From Octopus vulgaris (lineage: Eukaryota), in the NCBI GenBank assembly GCA_951406725.2, contig OX597815.1, positions 98,704,001 through 98,768,000 of the forward strand: a stretch of 64,000 bases of DNA, written 5' to 3'. Below the pieces are notes generated by a model that saw only the letters and a program-made list of their open reading frames with translations, ran no database searches and had not been told where the DNA came from. This document shows positions 54,158 to 64,000 of this stretch, piece after piece. A program made the translations under genes and the position numbers. The first letter of the stretch is position 1. Every line of letters starts with the position of its first letter.

Positions 54158-54705
54158 TTGAGTGAGAGAGCAGTGCATGCCATCAAAGTGAAACTGGGGT
54201 AAAATATACGAAGCCCAGTATACCCATCATGACTACCCGTCCGATTAGGGTACACCAGGCACATGCATCACAACCATATGTGCGCGACATGGTTATCTCA
54301 TATCAAGATAAACAGCGCATGACATTGCAGGTGGGGCCCAGTTAGAATTTCCTTCTGATCGAGTAGCCCATCAAAAGGTCCCTGAATAATGATTGTTTAA
54401 GGATGTTGAAGGAACCACACATGTTTCCAATGGTGAATTGTCCAAACTTCTAAGAATTCCTTTCAACACACGGCTATGATGCTCCTCCATTACTTCTGCT
54501 CGTGATCAGAGTTGCACATATCGTCAGCCACTAAGGGACATGCTCAACTTGTTATGGTCAAACAACTGACAAGCAAACCTGGTAATGAGCAGAATATTGG
54601 CAGTAGCCCATCTTTTATACCAAGACAAAACAATGTACATGATAACACTTCCAATCAGTTAAGATCAGGAGCTATGAGAGCCACTGTCTGGTGCTGCCTC
54701 AGGGC

Positions 54706-54709
<4 letters not shown>
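54158..54709 (-). mobile_element. ~560-bp non-coding element inserted in (TAA)n, copy 2
   Basis: Diverged copy of 52872-53431 with the same two termini. Confidence 0.8.
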
Positions 54710-54801
<92 letters not shown>

Positions 54802-55309
54802 TATCATCATCATCATCACCATCATCATCAATATCATCATCATCATAATCATTATTATTGTTGTTGTTATTATTATTATCATTATTATTAATAATAATTA
54901 CTTGTAATCTACAGGTTTGTTGCAATCACCGAGACACACCAAGCGTCCTGGAGCGAGTGGTGCTTAAGTGATGTTACAGTATGACTGAAGAATCGGGGAG
55001 GGAATGTAGCAGGAGCAGTAGCGAAATACCTTCATATGCAACACAGACAATTAAATTCATTGAGTTTTTCTAAGGATGTGGGCAGTACATGTGGGCACAA
55101 TTTTTTTTTGATTTCTCTGAGACATGGGTCTCCTGGGATATTATCTAAATGTTTCTGATATCCCTTTTTTATCATACTTATGGCAGATACAATAAGAAGA
55201 ACAGTTCTTGTTTTAAGATACCATATCTTTGGTATTTCAATTTCCAGGTCCTTATATTTACTTAATTGTCAAATTGCTTTACTATTATTATCATTATTAT
55301 TATTAAGGA

Positions 55310-55392
<83 letters not shown>

Positions 55393-57189
55393 CAGCAGCA
55401 GCAGCAGTAGTTGTAGTGGTATTAATTGTTATTACTTTTATTCCTGTGTTATGAGGAAGATGAGGAGAAAGTGGTAGAGGAGGACATTTTTCGAATAACA
55501 AAGCATCATTATTTCCAGCAAAGCAATAAGCAAAGTGAATAAAAGAAAGAAACAGATGTCATGATGAACCAATAAATGCATACATACATTCGTACAATAA
55601 TATGTACGTTTGTATGTATGTATGTATGTATGTATGTATGTATGAAAAGAAAGAACAAGGTGGAAATACGCCCTGGGTATGAACCTGATTTGTTTAGTTA
55701 CAGTCATTACAAATTGTCGAAATTACAGTAATCATAATAGTTGTAGAATGTAAAGGAGAAAATAAATAAGAAATAAAAAAAAATGGCGGACATTTTCATT
55801 TCTTTATGTTTTAGTTTATAACAAGACACATTTAGTTAGTATTTGTTTGAAAAGGGGTGGAGTTCAAAGGCAGAATGAACATGATATACATACGTATATT
55901 TAAGAAATAATAACGAGAGAGAGAAGAGAAAAAAATCTTGTTTGTTAAAATTGTCAATAGAAACATCAACGAAAACAACCCTGCCGGAACGACGAAACAA
56001 TACGTAATGAGGAAGGAGAAAAAAAGCAACAAGAAATTAGGTATTTTCTGACACACACACGTACAAATATACGCCCACATACACACACTCGTGCATATGG
56101 ACGTACACATATATCGACACATGTAAGACTATGTGTGTAGGGGGTGCGCGCGCATTTATATGTGTGGGAAAGAGGGAGAGAGAGACAGAGACAGAGAGAG
56201 AGGATGAATGCATCATCATTAAGTTTCTGTTGATGTGGAGCGAAATATGTCGAGTGGTAAATATTTATCATGATCACACGAGTCAAGGAATGCAATTAGT
56301 GATATTTACTTTTGTTTGTACAGTGATTCGCATATGCACCAAACATCTGCTGTATACATGGTGCACACCTTTGCAAATACACTTGCTCATACACACTAGA
56401 ACAAGTTCACAAATACGAAATGCATTGAATGCGTGAACTGAAATACACGACAACCAAGACGGGGAAGAGTAGAATTATTTATATAATTAATAATACAGGA
56501 ATGCGAAGAGATTATTTATTTTAGACACGGATCCAGATAGAAATCCGTTCTATTCGAAATTTTTACAATGGTAGTTCGCACTAATATAACATCTCTTTCC
56601 CAAAGAAACACCAAATACGCGCCTACTGATGTTACTGAGCTATATAAGATTAATGAGAGATGGTTGGAATTAACATCGATGAACTAAAATTTATCGTTAG
56701 GTTTCTCTATAATTCTGATAGAATCGCCGGAATGAGGCCCGAACAAAGGCGCTCCACTAAATATTTACTTTGTTTTAGTTGAAAAGCACCAAGTCGGATG
56801 TAATCTCTACGATGCCAGAAGTCATGGATTAAATACCAGTTGTACTTATGTGTCAGTATATTTAAAACATACACCAACCCTTCAAATCTCTTTACCGTAT
56901 CTATATTATAAATCACTACTATATACTGGCCGTTGAGAATTAACTGAAATATGTTTTTTTGTTATGTTTACACAAGGTCAAAATAAATAATCATATAGTG
57001 ATTTGTATATCTCATTTCCTATAGAATTCATGAATTTATGCATGTTTATAAGGATAAGTGTTTGTATGTGACTGTGTGCGCCATTTTATGCAAATGTAGA
57101 GATATACGTACAATTCATACACATGCAGACAAATATATTAAGAGATTGACAAAAAGAACACAAAAATGGTGGTATATATATATATATAT

Positions 57190-57363
57190 ATATAGGGAGA
57201 GTTTACGAAAAAAAAACAAACAGATGTATTAGTATAACGCTCAGGAATAGAAAAAGTATTTTACGTTTCAAGCCTACGCTCTTCTACAGGAAGGAACACA
57301 GAAAACAAGGAGAGAAACAAGGAGAGAAAAAACGTGTGTAGTGGCTAACGATCTATCATGGCG

Positions 57364-57365
<2 letters not shown>
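57190..57365 (-). mobile_element. Short non-coding HHR-variant element inserted in (TA)n
   Basis: (TA)n lies on both flanks. It is related to 49230-49410. Confidence 0.7.
57258..57294 (-). ncRNA. Hammerhead-like motif with variant core (CUGUAGA)
   Basis: CTTC-CTGTAGA-A-GAGC(GTAG)GCTT-GAAAC-GTA-AAA. Confidence 0.55.
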
Positions 57366-57401
<36 letters not shown>

Positions 57402-57447
57402 CATATATACATATATATTCATATATATTTGAATGTCTGTATGTATG

Positions 57448-57481
<34 letters not shown>

Positions 57482-57619
57482 TGTATGTATGTATGTATGT
57501 ATGTATTATGTATATATGCATGTATAGCGGTAGTTGTGGGTAAGAACTAGTCGATTGATCAACCAAAACGATGGGTCAAATCATAGCTAAATATTAACTG
57601 ATAGACTATAAACGATCCT

Positions 57620-57832
57620 TATTATTATAGGCAAAATGCCTGGAATTTTGGGCGTTTGGGTGGGGCTAGTTGATTGCGTTGAACCCACTCCACAATTGCT
57701 ACTTATTTCATCAACCCCGAAACGATGAAAAGCGAAATAGAATGCAGCGGAATTTGAACTATTCAGAGCGCAAAAACCAGACGAAATCCGGCTAAGTATC
57801 TTGTCTGGTGTGCTAAAGATTACGTCAGCTCG
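57620..57832 (-). mobile_element. SINE family A, degenerate
   Basis: CCCCGAAACGATGAAAAGCGAAA...GCGGAATTTGAACT. Confidence 0.7.
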
Positions 57833-58156
57833 GATCTTCAATTGCGTATTAATAATAAATGAAGTTATATAGCAGTGCACACTTTTATCATTGGCATAAT
57901 GGCGCTCACCGGGTACTATATATATGCATATGCTAATAAACACACCTATCCATATAAGTATGTATGCGTTCGTGTGCGTATGCATGCGTACAAATAGACA
58001 TAGATATCAATTAGATTCGATATACATAAATACTGATCAATATACACGTTTATATAGAATATTGACCTAATTGTGCATCATTCAATGAGCTGGTAGTTCT
58101 TTGACGGAACAAAATTGTCATGACCGAAACAGACGGAAACTTATTTTATTACTATA

Positions 58157-58541
58157 TCTCTCTATATATAAACGGCAGTTTGTCTGTGCGTGTTTCTGTG
58201 TGTCTGTTTGCTTGTACCCTCACCCTGACCACGGCTTTCAACCGATTCTGATGAAACTTGACACACACATAACCCAATGTCATAATTCAAAACTAACGCA
58301 GCCAAAATTTTGAAAAGTTTCCCCAGTTCTGAAAAAAATCGATAAATTCGACATGGGGTCGAGAATCAGAAACACGAACTACAAACTGTCTAGGGGACGC
58401 AACTCCATCCTTTTTAACTCTCAAAAAAAAATTTACCATCATTTTTTTCCATTTTTTTGCTATTTTTTGGCTATAACTCTCTAAAAATGCTTTATAGTTA
58501 TTTCCCTTACAAACCTGAGCAACGCCGGGCGATACTGCTAG
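58157..58541 (+). mobile_element. Non-autonomous Helitron
   Basis: A|TC 5' end, 3' hairpin CCTGAGCAACGCCGGG followed by CTAG|T, and no TSD. Confidence 0.85.
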
Positions 58542-58601
58542 TATTATTTATATACGGAACCACGCATTCATAAACTCGCATACATACATACATATATATA
58601 T

Positions 58602-58655
<54 letters not shown>

Positions 58656-58688
58656 GGAAACACGCGCGCACGTATATATGGATGCATG

Positions 58689-58738
<50 letters not shown>

Positions 58739-59184
58739 CAAACGCAAGCCATGTTAAACTTCCCCTAGCCGTCAATATTTGCATTTACGGAAGCGGGGAA
58801 GCGTGGAATTGATTATATGTATAGGGTGTCGGTGGAGGACATTTAAACGCTTTCATTATCTCGGTGAAACGAACATAATTCTTAGTGAACTCTTCTCGAA
58901 TAAGAAAAATAAAAATTATTATTGCACACTAATGCCGTACACTGCGATACATGTCATACTATATGAGCAAGGAGGCCACTTTTTGAAGATATTGATCCAG
59001 CAGGAAGCATTGATTTTTGAACAAATTTTGCTTCGTGAATAAACATTCATAAACACATATATACAGACGAGCGTACATACCCATATTAGTGTGTGTGTTT
59101 GTGTATGAAGACTATGTGTCAGTAGTCTGTATGTGTTTGTATACCCATATGTATATCGATCCATCTCTTTATCAATGTATATCA

Positions 59185-61760
<2,576 letters not shown>

Positions 61761-62503
61761 AATGTGCATTAAATGGTGGGCGTGTACGCGCGGGTGTGTG
61801 CCATTCAGTGGATATATGCGTACGTTTGAGAATGTGAGCATGTTGTTCACACTCTTACATACTTTCTTTCTCTCTCTTTCTCTTCCTCTACCTCTCTCTT
61901 TCTCTCTATCTCACTCTCTTTCTCTCGCATTACATATTCTACCTCTTTTAGATTCAGCTCTTTTTTTCTCTCCTTATTTCAACCGCTTCCACTCCATTTC
62001 TACCCTCCACCCACTTTCAGCAATTACTTAATACACTCCAATTCCCCCCTCCCCTCACTCTCTACCCCCTCTATCTCACTTTCTCTCCCTTGTAGTCTCT
62101 CCTTCAATCATATCCCCCTTTCTCTCCCCACCTCAATCTACCTATTGTTATAGTCTTTCTTATTCCTATTTGTCTTTTCTTCCCCATCATGTTACCATTG
62201 TATATTTTAGTATCTTAATTTACTTTTGTTTTGGCTTTTTTTTTACGTAGTTATAGCTCTGCTTGTTCATGTTTTTGTTGAATTTACTTTTCCTGGTGAT
62301 GTTTTCGTTGTTATTATGGTATGCTGGTGTAGTTGCTCTTAGTTCCGTTTTATTGTTGCTTTTGGTATCATCATTATCGATGATGTTATTGTCCTTCATA
62401 TTGTTGTAACGATTGCTGTTTTTTTCATTGTTGACGTTGTTTTTGCTGGTATTGTTAGTGTTGTTGCTGTTGTTATTGTTGTTGTTATTGTATCACGCAC
62501 ACA

Positions 62504-62568
<65 letters not shown>

Positions 62569-62959
62569 ACGTATAGACACACTCGTACACCACCCCTTTC
62601 TCAGTGTTAGTCGTCAAATTATTTACGTATTGTCCACATGAAATGCTGTTTATAAACTATGATGTTTTTAATATTTGATAAATAGTTTTTGAACATCGAA
62701 ACTGGCTTCTAATTGTTGGAACGAAAGGCAGAAGGAAGAAAAAAAGCAGAAAAATGTAGAAAAGAAAAGAAGAAACGAAAACGAAGGGCAATATATAAAG
62801 AAATGAAAGAAATATGTAGAAGAAACCAAAAAAAACCCAAAAAAAAACAAAAAAAGAAACAAAACAAAAAACTATGATATGAAGTGAATAGGAATGAAGC
62901 AAAAAAAAAAATTTCAAAACTAGCTGCTCTCATCTAATGATACTGAGTGGTATGGGTTG

Positions 62960-63800
62960 GGTATGACATACGGCAATTGGTATAGTTGTAGTATTGGTGG
63001 TAGTAAAATGATGGTCGAAACGATTGCATTTGCGGTAGCGATAGTGGTGGTGGTGGTGGTGGTGGTGGTGGTGGTGGTGGTATTAGTGGTGGCGGTAGTA
63101 GTGGTGGTGGTGGTGGCGGTGGTGGCGGCGACGGCGGCGGCGGCGGCGGTGGTAGTGGTGGTGGTGGATGTGGATGTGGTGGTGGTTTTGGTGGTGGTGG
63201 TGGTAGTGGTGGTGGTTTTGGTGGTGGTGGTGGTGGTGGTCTTGTCGTGGTGTTGGTGACGGTAATGGTGTTGGTAAATATGTTGTGCTGTGTTGTAAAT
63301 GATGGCGGTGATTCGTTTGTATTTGTGAATTTGCCAACAGAATTGTATGTTGTTATGGGAGTGGAACTGGCTGTAAACAGTAGTGTTATTGTTTGCTTGC
63401 GTTGTTGTTTCTGCGTTAGTTGTTGTATTTGTTGTTGCAGTTGTTGTTGTTGATGTTATTACGGAGGTGGTGATGGTGGTGGAAGTGATTTCTTTGTTGA
63501 TAATGTTGATCGCAATGGTGGTGGTGATGGCAGAAGTTGATTGTGGATGTAGTTGTGTTGCTGGTAATGATGTGGTAGTAATGAGGCAATAGTAATGATT
63601 GTAATGGTAATGATGGTGATGGTAATGACGGTGGTAATGGTGGTGGTCGTGGTTGGAATGATAGTGCTTGTACTTGTGGTAATAATAGACATTGTCATGG
63701 ATGTTGTAATACTGGGTTGTTCCAACGGAGGTCATGATGGTTGTGATGGTAAGTGTACTAATGGTAATGCTAGTGGTAGTAGTAGTGCTGGAGTGGGGGT
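62960..63800. repeat. Degenerate (GGT)/(GTT)/(GAT) trinucleotide low-complexity tract
   Basis: Seen directly. Confidence 0.85.
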
Positions 63801-64000
63801 GAGGATGGGTTTGATGGTGTTTTGTAGTCTTATTACTGTCGTTGTTTTAATACTAGTGGTGACAGCAGTTGGCGATTTTGCCCTAGATCCATCCTGATTT
63901 AGCAGAATTAAGACTGATGTTCCAGCCATATTATCATACACCTCACATACACACATATACACATGAACACACAAATGCAGGCATATGCACGCACACACAC

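Noticed and set aside
62920-63735. 271-aa Thr-rich mucin-like ORF
   Set aside because: It is built from degenerate ACC/AAC trinucleotide repeats that are open in several frames on both strands, with no recognisable domain.

Overview
This is AT-rich eukaryotic DNA dense in microsatellites, with no convincing host protein-coding gene; nearly all ORF-track entries are translations of simple repeats. The repeat content suggests an intronic or intergenic region of a coleoid cephalopod, most likely Octopus (inference from repeat content, not a database match). It contains many tRNA-derived SINEs with interchangeable heads and tails, Penelope-like element (PLE) remnants of two types, R4/Dong-type LINE fragments stacked in (TAA)n, an RTE fragment, a decayed DD37D (maT-like) Tc1/mariner element, mariner MITEs and non-autonomous Helitrons. 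The most interesting signal is at the RNA level. There are at least four recognisable hammerhead ribozyme (HHR) motifs and about three degenerate ones, in short non-coding elements or a PLE terminus. One is a canonical type I HHR inside a fold-back element (20125-20175). Another sits in a PLE 3' end arranged as ORF stop, tRNA-like Pol III cassette, B-box hairpin, HHR (39667-39935). A ~560-bp non-coding element targeted to (TAA)n has a long structured 5' end with an HHR-like frame. All calls were made by eye, and coordinates of degenerate elements are approximate.
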